NCBI GenBank assembly: GCA_963776345.1
Contig: CAVZMH010000003.1
Location: 64,001 to 128,000 of the forward strand
DNA from: an uncultured delta proteobacterium
Lineage (GTDB): Bacteria; Myxococcota; Myxococcia; Myxococcales; Myxococcaceae
Length of the DNA stretch: 64,000 nt
Direction: 5' to 3'
Shown: one piece after another, positions 9,898 to 20,143 of the stretch
Layout of the letters: every line of letters starts with the position of its first letter
Numbering within the stretch: the first letter of the stretch is position 1
Position numbers and translations under genes: made by a program
The notes under the pieces: model-generated
Told to the model about the DNA's origin: nothing
Database searches by the model: none
What the model saw: the letters and a program-made list of their open reading frames with translations, nothing else

Positions 9898-10632
9898 TCA
9901 GGCGGCGGCAGTGAGCTTGAGGAAGATGTCCTCGAGCGAGGTCTGGTCGCCCTCACCCAGCGCGTGGGCGAGCTTCTTGATCTCGTCGAAGGCCACCATC
10001 CGGCCCTGGTTGAGGATCAGCACCCGCTCGCAGGTCATGGTGACCTCCGAGAGGAGTGGGTGCTGAGGATGACCGTGTGCTGTCCGGCCAGGCCCTTGAT
10101 GAGCTGGCGGACCTCGGCGCGCTGGCTGGGGTCGAGCCCCTCGGTCGGCTCGTCGAGGATGAGCACCGGCGGATTGCCCAGCAGGGCCTGGGCGATGCCC
10201 ACCCGCTGCCGGTACCCCTTGGACAGGTTCTGGATGAGCCGCTCCATCACCTCGGACACGCCGGTGCCGTGGGCGACGCGCTCCAGCTCCGTGGCCATCT
10301 GACCGCGGCGGACGCCCTTGAGGGAGGCGACGAACTTCGAGGTAGCCGCGGACCGTCATCTCCGGGTAGAGCGGCGGCGTCTCCGGCAGGTAGCCGATGC
10401 GCCGCTTGACCTCGTAGGGCTCCTCGAAGACGTCGAACCCCGCGACCTTGACCGTCCCGCTCGAGGCGGGAAGGTAGCCGGTGAGGATCTTCATGGTGGT
10501 GGACTTCCCGGCGCCGTTCGGCCCCAGGAACCCGAGGATCTCTCCCTCGGGGACGCTGAACGTCAGGTCCTCCACCGCGATCCGGTCGCGGTACCGCTTG
10601 CTGAGCCCGGTGACCTCGATCATCGCCGTCAT
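9898..10632 (-). CDS. ABC transporter ATP-binding subunit (GldA-like) with two compensating apparent frameshifts near 10335 and 10060
   Basis: Walker A GPNGAGKST in one frame; LSKGYRQR, ILDEPT and LSTH in the 10035..10298 frame; C-terminus back in the first frame. Confidence 0.85.
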   Translation of the reverse strand: MTAMIEVTGLSKRYRDRIAVEDLTFSVPEGEILGFLGPNGAGKSTTMKILTGYLPASSGTVKVAGFDVFEEPYEVKRRIGYLPETPPLYPEMTVRGYLEVRRLPQGRPPRSDGHGAGARRPRHRRVRGDGAAHPEPVQGVPAAGGHRPGPAGQSAGAHPRRADRGARPQPARRGPPAHQGPGRTAHGHPQHPLLSEVTMTCERVLILNQGRMVAFDEIKKLAHALGEGDQTSLEDIFLKLTAAA

Positions 10633-10750
10633 CTGACTGTCGTTCCTCTCAGGCGGGCGCGCGATACTATGGATGGGCACCGGTCTGTCAACACGCGGGG
10701 GACGACGGATCTTTCCGTGGCCCGGCCGGTGCAGAGCGATGGCCCCTGGA

Positions 10751-11908
10751 ATGAGCATCATCGTACAGAAGTTCGGCGGCTCCTCGGTCGCCGACGTGGA
10801 GCGGATCCGCAAGGTGGCGGCGCGGGTGGCGGCCAGGCGGGCCGAGGGGCACCGGCTGGTGGTGGTGGTCTCGGCCATGGGCGACACCACCGACGAGCTG
10901 CTCTCGCTGGCCAAGAGGATGTCGGCCAATCCCCCTCGCCGCGAGCTGGACATGCTGCTGACGTGCGGGGAGCGCATCAGCATGGCCCTGCTCTCGATGG
11001 CCCTGCACGAGCTGGGCGTCCCGGCCATCAGCTTCACCGGGAGCCAGAGCGGCATCATCACCGACGACACCCATGCCCAGGCCCGCATCGTCGAGGTCCG
11101 GCCGGTGCGCATCCGCGAGGAGCTGGGGAAGGAGAAGGTGGTCATCGTCGCCGGCTACCAGGGCGTCTCGCGCAACCGGGAGGTGACCACGCTCGGCCGC
11201 GGGGGCAGCGACACCACCGCGGTGGCTCTCGCCGCGGCGCTGGGGGCCGAGGCCTGCGAGATCTATTCCGACGTGGACGGGGTCTTCTCCGCCGACCCGC
11301 GCGTCGTTCCCGAGGCGCGGAAGCTGGAGAGGCTGGACTACGGAACGGCGCAGGAGCTTGCCGCGGCGGGCGCGCGGGTGCTCAACGCGCAGGCGGTGGA
11401 GTTCGCCCGGAACGCCGGCATCGTCATCGACGCCCGGAGCACCCACGGCGGCGGGACCGGCTCGCGCATCGGCCCCGACCCGGCGCCGGTCCGGGCAGTG
11501 GCCAGCGACACCGAGGTGCGGGTGCTGGAGGTGCCGGATGCCCAGCTCGAGCCCTTGCTCCGGAGCCTCGCCGAACAGGAGATCCGGATCCGCCTCGTCG
11601 CCGGGACGCGCGACGGGGCAGGGCGCCTGCTCCTGGTCGTCCCTCTCCAGGACGTGCACGGGGTGGAGGCGTTCGACACCGGAGCCCGTGCCCTCGGGGT
11701 CGAGCCTCGGCCCGGGCTCGGCACGGTGACGCTCGCCGGCCCGGGCGTGGGAACCGACAGCGCGGTCCTCGCCCGCTGTCTGGCCGCGGCCTCGGGGCTC
11801 GGGATCCAGGTCCGCGCGCTCCACGGCTCCCCGCTCCAGCTGACCTTCGTGGTGGAGTCGGCTCAGGTCCCGGAGCTCGCCCGCGAGCTGCACCGGGCGA
11901 CCCGCTAG
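10751..11908 (+). CDS. lysC: Aspartate kinase
   Basis: [46 protein letters not shown]; degenerate ACT-like C-terminus. Confidence 0.9.
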   Translation: MSIIVQKFGGSSVADVERIRKVAARVAARRAEGHRLVVVVSAMGDTTDELLSLAKRMSANPPRRELDMLLTCGERISMALLSMALHELGVPAISFTGSQSGIITDDTHAQARIVEVRPVRIREELGKEKVVIVAGYQGVSRNREVTTLGRGGSDTTAVALAAALGAEACEIYSDVDGVFSADPRVVPEARKLERLDYGTAQELAAAGARVLNAQAVEFARNAGIVIDARSTHGGGTGSRIGPDPAPVRAVASDTEVRVLEVPDAQLEPLLRSLAEQEIRIRLVAGTRDGAGRLLLVVPLQDVHGVEAFDTGARALGVEPRPGLGTVTLAGPGVGTDSAVLARCLAAASGLGIQVRALHGSPLQLTFVVESAQVPELARELHRATR

Positions 11909-11931
11909 AGCCCGACGCCGCCGTCCCCATC

Positions 11932-13107
11932 CTACTTGAGGCCATACGCCCGCCGGAGCAATTCCGGCGCGGTGAGCCCCGAGCTGCGCGCCACCTCCAC
12001 GTCCAGCCCGAGTCCGTGGCCACGCCCACGTCCGCGGATCCGGACGGTCTCGCCCTCGAAAACGCCCTCGGTCGGGCAGCTCGGGAGGCGGAGCGCGGCG
12101 CGGATCGGCTCGCAGGGAATGCGCTCGACGCCGTTCGGCCCCACCACCTCCAGCGCCCGTCCGTCCCCACCGAAGCGCTGCGCGTCGCCGAGCACCGCGC
12201 GCACCTCGGCCGCCGGACGCCGCCGCTCCCACGGTCTCGCTCCCACCGCGGAAGTAGGGGAGCCACTGCGGCGTGGGCAGCTCGGGGAGAGCGAGCGCTC
12301 GGGTCACCTCCGGGGTCGGCGGCGCGGTCCCCAGGAAGACCTGGCAGTGGGTGGTGTCGCAGAGCGGCCTCCCCGATGCCGCTCCACGTGCGCGTCGTGG
12401 GCGATGACCTGCGCGAGCGCGAGCCCTGCCTCGCCGGCGAGTCCTGCGTGCTCGGCCGCCATCACGCCCGAGACGTAGGCCGAGCGCGTGGTGCGGAAGA
12501 TGACCTCGGAGCCACGCCGCGCCCGCGTCTCTCGCCGGGTGCTCCCGGCCTCGGGCGGTCGGTCGGGCAGCGGGCGAAAGGAGAAGACGCCGGCGTAGGG
12601 CCGCGGCTGGCTCCCGGCGACTCGAACCTGCCACGCTCCTCTGGTGCAGAGGATGGCTCCGGTGCCCAGCGCGGCGCGGAGCGTCTGCCAGCCGGGAGGG
12701 AGCTCCTCGACCTGGCGACCGCTGACCCGCGCCGCGCGCCCTCGGCACAGGACGCTCACTCGGTCCGGGCCGACGAGCCCGAACACCTGCACCTCGACGG
12801 CCGACTCGGCACGCGCTCGTGCCGGGGCCGTGGCCTTCGGACCTCGCACCACCACCCGGTCGTCGTCGACGTCGAGCTGGAAATCGGGACCGGCCCGACG
12901 GGCGCCATTCCCCGCCTCGGCCTCGACCCGGACGGTCTCGGCGAGATCCTGCGCTCGCCGCGCCCCGGACGAGGCGTCCACCGCGAAGTCGTCCCCGGCG
13001 ATGAGCTCACCGGAGTGGCGCGAGACGACGCACAGCTCGGTTCCCTCGGAGAGCGTCGTCGCGGGAAGCAGGAGCAGCGCGCTGGCGGCCGCAAGCCCGC
13101 GGATCAC
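11932..13107 (-). CDS. SpoIID/LytB-domain exported protein, split by two apparent frameshifts near 12370 and 12245
   Basis: Signal-like N-terminus from GTG 13107; YVSGVMAAE, LCDTTHCQVFLG and GRGRGHGLGL motifs lie in three successive frames. Confidence 0.7.
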
Positions 13108-14075
13108 TACGACGCCGGCCGGACCAGCCGCCGCGTCGGACGCCCGTCCTGCTTGGTGCGCCGGAAGTCGTCGGTGCGCCCCGGGAGCGAGACGAAGTCG
13201 CACATCTCGCACAGCCGGCTGTAGATGCGCTCGCCGATGCGCTCCACCAGGAGCTCCTCGCGCTCCAGGGCCTGCTCCGGGGCCTGGAACCCGCGGGGGC
13301 CCGGCGACGGCGCGCGCTCGCGCTCGAGCGAGTAGTTGGTGGCGACGATGGTGGTGAGGCCCGAGTTGTAGCGGCGGGCGATCAGCTCGTCGAGCGTCTC
13401 CATCTCGAAGGGGCTGCCGCGGCCGCGGCCCAGCTCGTCGATGGCCAGCACGTCCGCGTCCACCAGGCGGGCGATGATCTCCCCGCCGCTCTTGCCGGCG
13501 TTGAAGCCGCGCCGGATGTCCGCGAAGAGGAGCGAGATCTCCCGGTACTGCGCCGAGGCGCCGCGCTCGAGGACCAGGTGCCGGAGCGTCGCCGACAAGA
13601 GATGGGTCTTCCCCGAGCCCACCCGGCCGGAGATGACGAACCCGCGCGCCGGCCGGTCGCGCCTCCAATCCTGCGCGACGCTCCGGGCGACGCCGAGCGC
13701 CTGTTCCAGCGCGGCGGTCTTCTCCTGGTCGTCTCCCTTGGCGCGGAAGGTGGCGAAGCTGCTCGTGGCGTGGTGGGCAGGGATGCCCACCACCGCGAAC
13801 TGGTCGACCCGCTCGGCCAGAAGCCGGCACACACACGGGGCGAGCGCCTCGTAGCTCTTCACCCCGACCTTCTTGCTGAACTCGACCTGGCGCGAGGTGT
13901 AGACGAAGCCGCGGCCCTTGCAGTGCGGGCACGGCTCGCGGCAGCTGCACACCCGGGCGACGGCCCGCGCGCGCCGTCCCTCGCCGTCCCCCGGCCCGGG
14001 CTGGAGCTCGGCCTCGACCCGGTAACCGTCACCCCGGCACTCGGGGCAGCTGGAGGAGGTGGCGAGGGCTTCCAT
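13107..14075 (-). CDS. DnaC/DnaI/IstB-like AAA+ ATPase with N-terminal Zn-binding Cys clusters
   Basis: CPEC, CSC..CPHC, CVC; Walker A GRVGSGKTHL; Walker B LAIDELG; RRYN..TIVATNY; RIYSRLCEMC. Confidence 0.85.
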   Translation of the reverse strand: MEALATSSSCPECRGDGYRVEAELQPGPGDGEGRRARAVARVCSCREPCPHCKGRGFVYTSRQVEFSKKVGVKSYEALAPCVCRLLAERVDQFAVVGIPAHHATSSFATFRAKGDDQEKTAALEQALGVARSVAQDWRRDRPARGFVISGRVGSGKTHLLSATLRHLVLERGASAQYREISLLFADIRRGFNAGKSGGEIIARLVDADVLAIDELGRGRGSPFEMETLDELIARRYNSGLTTIVATNYSLERERAPSPGPRGFQAPEQALEREELLVERIGERIYSRLCEMCDFVSLPGRTDDFRRTKQDGRPTRRLVRPAS

Positions 14076-14306
14076 GTCGTCGTGCAGCCTCAGTCGCGAC
14101 GTCCCCAGGTGCGAGGCATCGTGCCGCGCAGCGCTCGGGACCGAGGAACCGCGTCCTGTACCATCGATGGCCGCTGCGTGCGCAAGATGGACAAGCGTTC
14201 CGGGCGCGCGCGATCGATCGCGCGTTCCGTCGACGCTGACCGAATCCTCCGCGGCGACACGACGCGGGCCACGTTCCACCTGCTGCCCACAGGTCTTCCA
14301 CCGGTT

Positions 14307-14624
14307 TCAGACACCGTCGCCCTCACCGCCGGCGCGAGTGCCGGCGCCCACCTTCCGGAGCCTCCAGGCGTCGATCTCGGCGTCCACCTCCGGGCGGCAC
14401 GCACGCAGCGACCGGGGCGTCGCCCCCGCGGCCCCGTTCCACCGCGCCCGCTCGGCGGCCCGGAGCAGGCCCCGCGCCACCACCTCCAGCGGCACGCCCG
14501 ACTCCGACCAGCGGCCGAGCAGCTCGCGGTCCAGCGCGCCCAGGGCCAGCCCGCGCCCGCGCACCACCGCGAAGAGCACCTCCACGCGCTCGGCAAAGGT
14601 CGAGGTGGGCGGAAGGAGACTCAT
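14307..14624 (-). CDS. Small protein with a DnaD/DnaB_2-like helical motif
   Basis: LGALDRELLGRWSESGVPLEVVARGL...RSLRAC resembles the DnaD C-terminal domain pattern; lies upstream of the DnaC-like gene. Confidence 0.5.
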   Translation of the reverse strand: MSLLPPTSTFAERVEVLFAVVRGRGLALGALDRELLGRWSESGVPLEVVARGLLRAAERARWNGAAGATPRSLRACRPEVDAEIDAWRLRKVGAGTRAGGEGDGV

Positions 14625-14804
14625 TCCCCACCCCCCGTGGAGCGGCCGGGCGACCGAGGGGCGGGCGAGGTTGACCTCCCGTCAGGAGGTTGAGGATGAT
14701 GCGAGCGCAACTCCGAAGAAATTCCCAACACGATCAATGGCTTGCCCGCTCGTCCACAGTCCGGCCACGGCGCCCGGGCACAAGGGTCCGGAGTCCACAT
14801 CCAC

Positions 14805-17800
14805 ATGCGACGCTCCCTCGTCCTTCTTCTGACGGTTCCCATGTTCGCGCATGCGGCCGACACCGGCCGCGCGCCCAAGGAGCAAACGCTCGGAAAGAAG
14901 GAGCAGACCACGCTGGACACGTCGCTGGCCGGCGACATCACGCGCAAGAAGGAGGACACCGGCGGCGCCCCGCTCGAGTACGACCAGTTCCAGCTCGGCG
15001 TCGAGCGGCAGATCTCCGACAAGCGCCGGTCGCAGATCGACTCGCTGCAGCGGATCATCGAGCTGTCGGGCGACTCGAAGGAGACCCCGGACCTCCTCTT
15101 CCGGCTGGGCGAGCTCTACTTCGAGGAATCGAGGGACTACTTCTTCCAGGCCAACCGGAAGGACGACGACCTCATCCGCGGCCTGGCGACCAAGGACGTC
15201 GCGCTTCAAGAGAAGTCGAAGAAGGAGAAGACGGCGCTGATGGTCCAGCGCGACGCCAACGCCAAGCTGGCGGTCAACCAGTACACGCAGATCGTCCAGC
15301 GCTACCGGGACTACCCGCGCACCGACGAGGTGCTCTTCTTCCTCGCCCACAACCTGATGGACCTGAACGAGGAGAAGAAGGCCCTCATCGCCTACGGCAA
15401 GCTGGTCAAGGACTACCCGAAGTCGCGCTTCGTGCCCGACGCGTACCTGGCCTTCGGCGAGTACTACTTCAACAACAGCAAGGGCCGGCGCGACTGGCTG
15501 CTGAAGGCGCTCGAGGCCTACAAGTCCGCGGCCGGCTTCCCCGAGAGCTCGATCTACGGGTTCGCGCTCTACAAGCAGGGCTGGTGCCACTTCAACCTCA
15601 GCGACTACCCGAGGGCGATGGACCTCTTCAAGGCCACCGTCCTCTACGGCGAGTTCACCGGCGCCTCGGCGCTGGAGAAGCAGGGCGGCGCCAAGGGCAA
15701 GAACACGCTCATCCGCGAGGCCCGCAACGACTACGTCCGGGCCTACGAGCGCGCCGGGCTGCTGCCACAGCCGGCGAAGGAGAACTTCAGCACCGTGGCC
15801 AGCAACCCCGACGATCGCTTCGGGATGATGGAGCTGCTGGCGAGCCTCTACTACGACGCCGGCAAGGACACGGAGGCCGCCCTGGCCTACGCATCCTCAT
15901 CAAGGAGAAGCCGCTCATCGCCAAGACACCGGGCTGGCAGAGCAAGGTGGTCGACTGCGTGCTGCCGCCGCGGCGACAAGAAGCAGACGGTCGCCCAGAT
16001 CCGCAAGCTGGTGAAGGTCATCGGCGACGTCGAGAAGTCCGGGAACGTGAAGACCGACGCCGACCGGAAGGCCATGGCCTCGGCCAAGGACCTGTCCGAG
16101 CGGACCCTCTCCAACATCGCCGTCAACTGGCACAACGAGGGCCGGAAGACCCGCGACGACGACACCTTCGAGTACGCCAACGAGGTGTACGGCGACTACC
16201 TGGCCCTCTTCCCGGAGAACAAGAAGTCGTACGACCTGCGCTTCTACTGGGGCGAGCTCCTCAACGACTACCTGCGCAAGTACCCCGAGGCGGAGCAGCA
16301 GTACACCCAGGTGGTCGTCCACGGACGGCAAGGCCATCGACGCGAAGCAGAAGCCGGGACGTGGCTCTCGAACGCCGCGTTCAACGCGGTCTACGCCGCG
16401 GACGAGGTGGTGCGCCGCGCCGAGCAGAAGGGCGAGATCAAGCCGCCGAGCGGGACGGACCTCAAGGCCGTGGTGGCCTTCGCCCCCCAGCGCAAGCTCC
16501 TGATCGACGCCTGCGAGCGCTACCTCAAGTACCTGCCGAAGGGCGAGAAGCGGGTGGAGATCGCCTACAAGGCGGCCAAGCTCTACTACGACCACCATCG
16601 CTACGACGAGGCGGTGTTCCGCTTCAGCGAGATCGCGCTGACGCAGCCCGACCACAAGTTCGACAACGGGGACCGCGCCGGGGAGATCGCCGCCAACCTC
16701 GTCCTGGACTCGTACAACGCGCTCGGCGACTACAAGAAGGTCAACGAGTGGGCGCGGCGCTTCTACGCCAACGACAAGCTCGCCACCGGCAAGTTCAAGG
16801 ACGACCTGGCGAAGGTCATCGAGCAGTCCAGCTTCAAGCTGGTGAACCAGCTCGAGGAGAAGAAGGAGTACGCCGCCGCGGCGCAGGCCTACCTGGACTT
16901 CGTGAAGGACTTCCCTCGCACCCAGATCGCGGACAAGGCGCTCTACAACGCCTCCACCGACTTCTACCGGGCGCACATGCTGGAGAAGGCGCTCGCTGCC
17001 CGCGAGCTGCTCTTCCGCAACTACCCCCAGAGCCCGCTGGTCCCCGCCTCCCAGCTGGCCAACGCCGAGGGCTACGAGGCGATCGGCGACTTCGAGCACG
17101 CCGCCGAGGCCTACGAGCTCTACGTCTCGGGCTTCGAGAAGCAGCTGGTCCCGGCCGACAGGTCGAAGAAGGCCAGCAGCAAGAAGAAGGGCAAGCGCGC
17201 CAAGGCGGCGCCGGTCGAGGAGCCCAGGAAGGATGGACCAGTCTGGGAGGAGTCGAAGGCGCAGATCGCGCTCTTCAACGCCGGCGTGTACCGCGAGGGC
17301 CTCGGCCAGCTCCGGCAGGCGCTACGAGATCGCGAGCGCTATCTCGAGCTGTGGCCGGCGGCGAAGGACTCGGAGACCGTGGCCCTCTCCATCGCCGACC
17401 TGCACGAGCGCATGAACCAGTACGGCAAGGCGGTGGCCTTCCTCGACCAGCGCGCCCGTGACCAGGAGCGCGACCCGAACCGGTTCCTCGCCGCCCAGGC
17501 CCGCATCCTCCTGATCCAGGACCAGAAGCTGAAGAACCCCAAGGCCGCCGCCCGCACCCAGAAGTTGGTGCTCGACTACTACGACAAGCTCTACCGGCGT
17601 CAGAAGGACGCGCTGGAGCCGCCGGCGAAGGAGGCGGTGGCGCGCGCGATGTACGCCAAGAACGAGGAGCAGTTCCAGTACTACGCCCGGCAGAAGCTCC
17701 ACTGGGGCAAGGGCGGCGACCCGGTGAAGGAGTTCCGCGAGAGCATCAAGCAGAAGGGCAAGTCGCTGGACGAGATCAACCGCATCTACACCAACACCGT

Positions 17801-18401
17801 GGCGCTGGGCGCGGCCGAGCCGGCCATCTGCTCGCTCCGGAAGATCGGGCTCGCCTACGAGAACATGGCCGACGCGGTGGCCAACGCACCGATGCTTCGC
17901 TCGCTCCCCCCCGAGGCGCAGGAGGAGCTGAAGAACCAGCTCGAGCAGCAGGCCCAGCCCATCCGGGAGAAGGCGGCGGACCACTTCGCCGCCGCGGTGA
18001 CCAAGAGCCGCGAGCTCGCGATCCGGAGCGACTGCGCGACCAAGAGCCTCGAGGCGCTGCGCACCACCTACCGGCCGGCGCAGTACCCGCCGCTCCTGGA
18101 GGAGGTGGCCAACCCGCGGCCTGGCGCCGGCGTCGAGGCGCCCCCGCCGCAGCTGCTCACCCAGGTGCAGCCGGCCGTCGCCGGGGTGATGCTCAAGGGG
18201 ACCAGCGCCGGGCTGCCGCCCGGTCGTCCGGTGGTGACCCGTGAGCCACCGGCCGGGGCCGGCGCCCGGCAGGACGACTCGAACGACCTCCGGCCCGGCC
18301 AGCGGCCCGCCGATGCGCGCTCGCCCGAGCTCGTGCCCGCGAGCGCCACCCAGCCCCAGAAACCGCCGGCGGACGCCGAGCCGGAGGACCTTCGCCAGTG
18401 A
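14805..18401 (+). CDS. gltD: Gliding motility TPR protein GltD/AgmU
   Basis: Signal peptide (ending FAHA), about 1200 aa of TPR-like repeats, first gene of the gltD-E-F-G-H synteny; two short out-of-frame patches near 15890-15965 and 16320-16360. Confidence 0.8.
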   Translation: MRRSLVLLLTVPMFAHAADTGRAPKEQTLGKKEQTTLDTSLAGDITRKKEDTGGAPLEYDQFQLGVERQISDKRRSQIDSLQRIIELSGDSKETPDLLFRLGELYFEESRDYFFQANRKDDDLIRGLATKDVALQEKSKKEKTALMVQRDANAKLAVNQYTQIVQRYRDYPRTDEVLFFLAHNLMDLNEEKKALIAYGKLVKDYPKSRFVPDAYLAFGEYYFNNSKGRRDWLLKALEAYKSAAGFPESSIYGFALYKQGWCHFNLSDYPRAMDLFKATVLYGEFTGASALEKQGGAKGKNTLIREARNDYVRAYERAGLLPQPAKENFSTVASNPDDRFGMMELLASLYYDAGKDTEAALAYASSSRRSRSSPRHRAGRARWSTACCRRGDKKQTVAQIRKLVKVIGDVEKSGNVKTDADRKAMASAKDLSERTLSNIAVNWHNEGRKTRDDDTFEYANEVYGDYLALFPENKKSYDLRFYWGELLNDYLRKYPEAEQQYTQVVVHGRQGHRREAEAGTWLSNAAFNAVYAADEVVRRAEQKGEIKPPSGTDLKAVVAFAPQRKLLIDACERYLKYLPKGEKRVEIAYKAAKLYYDHHRYDEAVFRFSEIALTQPDHKFDNGDRAGEIAANLVLDSYNALGDYKKVNEWARRFYANDKLATGKFKDDLAKVIEQSSFKLVNQLEEKKEYAAAAQAYLDFVKDFPRTQIADKALYNASTDFYRAHMLEKALAARELLFRNYPQSPLVPASQLANAEGYEAIGDFEHAAEAYELYVSGFEKQLVPADRSKKASSKKKGKRAKAAPVEEPRKDGPVWEESKAQIALFNAGVYREGLGQLRQALRDRERYLELWPAAKDSETVALSIADLHERMNQYGKAVAFLDQRARDQERDPNRFLAAQARILLIQDQKLKNPKAAARTQKLVLDYYDKLYRRQKDALEPPAKEAVARAMYAKNEEQFQYYARQKLHWGKGGDPVKEFRESIKQKGKSLDEINRIYTNTVALGAAEPAICSLRKIGLAYENMADAVANAPMLRSLPPEAQEELKNQLEQQAQPIREKAADHFAAAVTKSRELAIRSDCATKSLEALRTTYRPAQYPPLLEEVANPRPGAGVEAPPPQLLTQVQPAVAGVMLKGTSAGLPPGRPVVTREPPAGAGARQDDSNDLRPGQRPADARSPELVPASATQPQKPPADAEPEDLRQ

Positions 18402-19726
18402 GCGCCACGTCCGTCATCTCCCCGCGCCGTCTGGCCGCAACCGCCGCCGCGCTCCTCGCGACGGCGTGCGCCACCAGCGCCCCGGCCGAGAAGGCCCCCG
18501 CCGCACCGGTCACCGCCTCGACCCCGAGCGGCCCGGCTCCGTCCACCCCCAACAGCCGGGCGATGCTCCTCTTCGAGGACGCCACCAAGGCGGCCGAGGC
18601 GCAGGCCAAGTCCGGCGCTCGGGACGACGCGGCGCTCGAGCGCCGGTTCGAGGCGGTCCGCCAGGCCGACCCGGGCTTCGCCGAGGCCGACTACAACCTC
18701 GGCGTGCTCGCCGAGCGCCAGGGCAAGCGGGAGCAGGCGTACGCGAGCTACCGTTCCGCCCTCCAGAAGAAGCCCTCGCTCAAGCCAGCCGCCGAGGGGC
18801 TCGCCCGGCTCACCCGCGCCCAGGGAGACCTCCCCTCGGCCATCGCGCAGTGGAACGACATCGCCCGGGCGTTCCCCGACGACGCAGACAGCCGCGCCCA
18901 GCTCGCCGAGATCTACCGGATCACCAACGACCACGACCGGGCGCAGGAGCTCGCCCGCCAGGCCCTGATCCGCGATCCGAAGAGCCTCGGCGCCTACAAG
19001 ACCCTGCTGCGGAGCAACCTCGACCGGAAGCAGTTCGCGATGGCCGAGCTAGTGGGCGTGCGGGCGCTGAAGATCTCCGCCACCGACCCCGACCTCTACC
19101 TGGCCCTCGGCGACGTGCAGCTCGCGAAGGGCGCGGTGGACAAGGCGGCAGCCCAGTACCAGAAGGCGCTGGAGGCCAACCCGGGCTTCGTCCGGGCCCG
19201 GCTCGCGCTGGCCCGGCTGGCCCTGAAGGACGAGGATTTCGCCGCCGCCGAGAAGCACCTGTCGCGGGCGGTGGCCGACGGGGGCGGCAGCGCCGAGGTC
19301 CACCTCGACCTGGGCGTCGCGTACCGGGGGCTCGGCCAGCCGGACAAGGCTCTGGCCGAGTACGACGCGGCGGAGAAGCTGCAGCCGCGGCTCGCGGCCA
19401 TCTACCTGAACCGGGGCATCGTCCTGCAGCGCTACAAGGACGCGCCCGAGAAGTCGATCGAGCTGTACAAGCAGTACGTCGCGCTGTCGGGCGGTGAGTC
19501 GGCGCTCCCGAACGACGCGCCGGTGCTCGCGCTCCGGCGCGAGGCGGAGCAGCTGGTCGCGGCCAAGTCGCAGGCGCGCACCCAGGAGCAGCAGGCCAAG
19601 ACGCTCGACCAGGCGCAGCAGCTCCAGCAGCAACGGCTCAAGGACGCCGAGGAGCGGGCGGGGAAGGGCGCGCCGGCGAAGGGCACGGCACCGGACAAGG
19701 GAAAGGGGTCTCCGGACAAGCTGTAG
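18398..19726 (+). CDS. gltE: Gliding motility TPR lipoprotein GltE/AglT
   Basis: Lipobox LATAC, TPR repeats (YNLGVL, LDLGVAYRGLG); GTGA coupling to gltD. Confidence 0.85.
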   Translation: MSATSVISPRRLAATAAALLATACATSAPAEKAPAAPVTASTPSGPAPSTPNSRAMLLFEDATKAAEAQAKSGARDDAALERRFEAVRQADPGFAEADYNLGVLAERQGKREQAYASYRSALQKKPSLKPAAEGLARLTRAQGDLPSAIAQWNDIARAFPDDADSRAQLAEIYRITNDHDRAQELARQALIRDPKSLGAYKTLLRSNLDRKQFAMAELVGVRALKISATDPDLYLALGDVQLAKGAVDKAAAQYQKALEANPGFVRARLALARLALKDEDFAAAEKHLSRAVADGGGSAEVHLDLGVAYRGLGQPDKALAEYDAAEKLQPRLAAIYLNRGIVLQRYKDAPEKSIELYKQYVALSGGESALPNDAPVLALRREAEQLVAAKSQARTQEQQAKTLDQAQQLQQQRLKDAEERAGKGAPAKGTAPDKGKGSPDKL

Positions 19727-19852
19727 GCACGTGTGGTCCGCGCGCGGTGGACGCGGGGAGGTCGGGGTTTGGTGTGACCTCCGCCATTCGATGTAGATTG
19801 AAACCAGGCGGGTCTCCCCGGGGTCGGGGAGCATTCGGGGGTTGGACAAGGC

Positions 19853-20116
19853 ATGCGAGTGTGGATGCTCATCGTGGCACTGCTGCCGGGGATCGCGGCG
19901 GCGCAGGACGGCTCGTCGGCGACCTCGGCGGAGGCCAGCGCGGCCAAGGCGTCGAAGCGCACCGAGTTCAGCTTCGAGGAGGACACCATCGAGGGTGACC
20001 TCAGCCGTCCCGACGGCGAGTACGTCGAGGCCCTGAAGAAGGTGCCGCACTCCAACCTGATCCGGATCCGCGAGGAGTACCGCAACAAGGTGATGCAGTC
20101 GGTGGACGAGCTGTAG
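19853..20116 (+). CDS. gltF: Gliding motility protein GltF/CglF
   Basis: Signal peptide then FEEDTIEGDLSRPDGEY...SNLIRIRE family signature. Confidence 0.9.
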   Translation: MRVWMLIVALLPGIAAAQDGSSATSAEASAAKASKRTEFSFEEDTIEGDLSRPDGEYVEALKKVPHSNLIRIREEYRNKVMQSVDEL

Positions 20117-20143
20117 AGCCCTTCGAGAGAGCGACAACCAATC

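Noticed and set aside
13107..14075. IS21 element suggested by the IstB-like ATPase
   Set aside because: No IstA transposase or terminal repeats seen; Zn-binding N-terminus and context fit a DnaC/DnaI-type protein better
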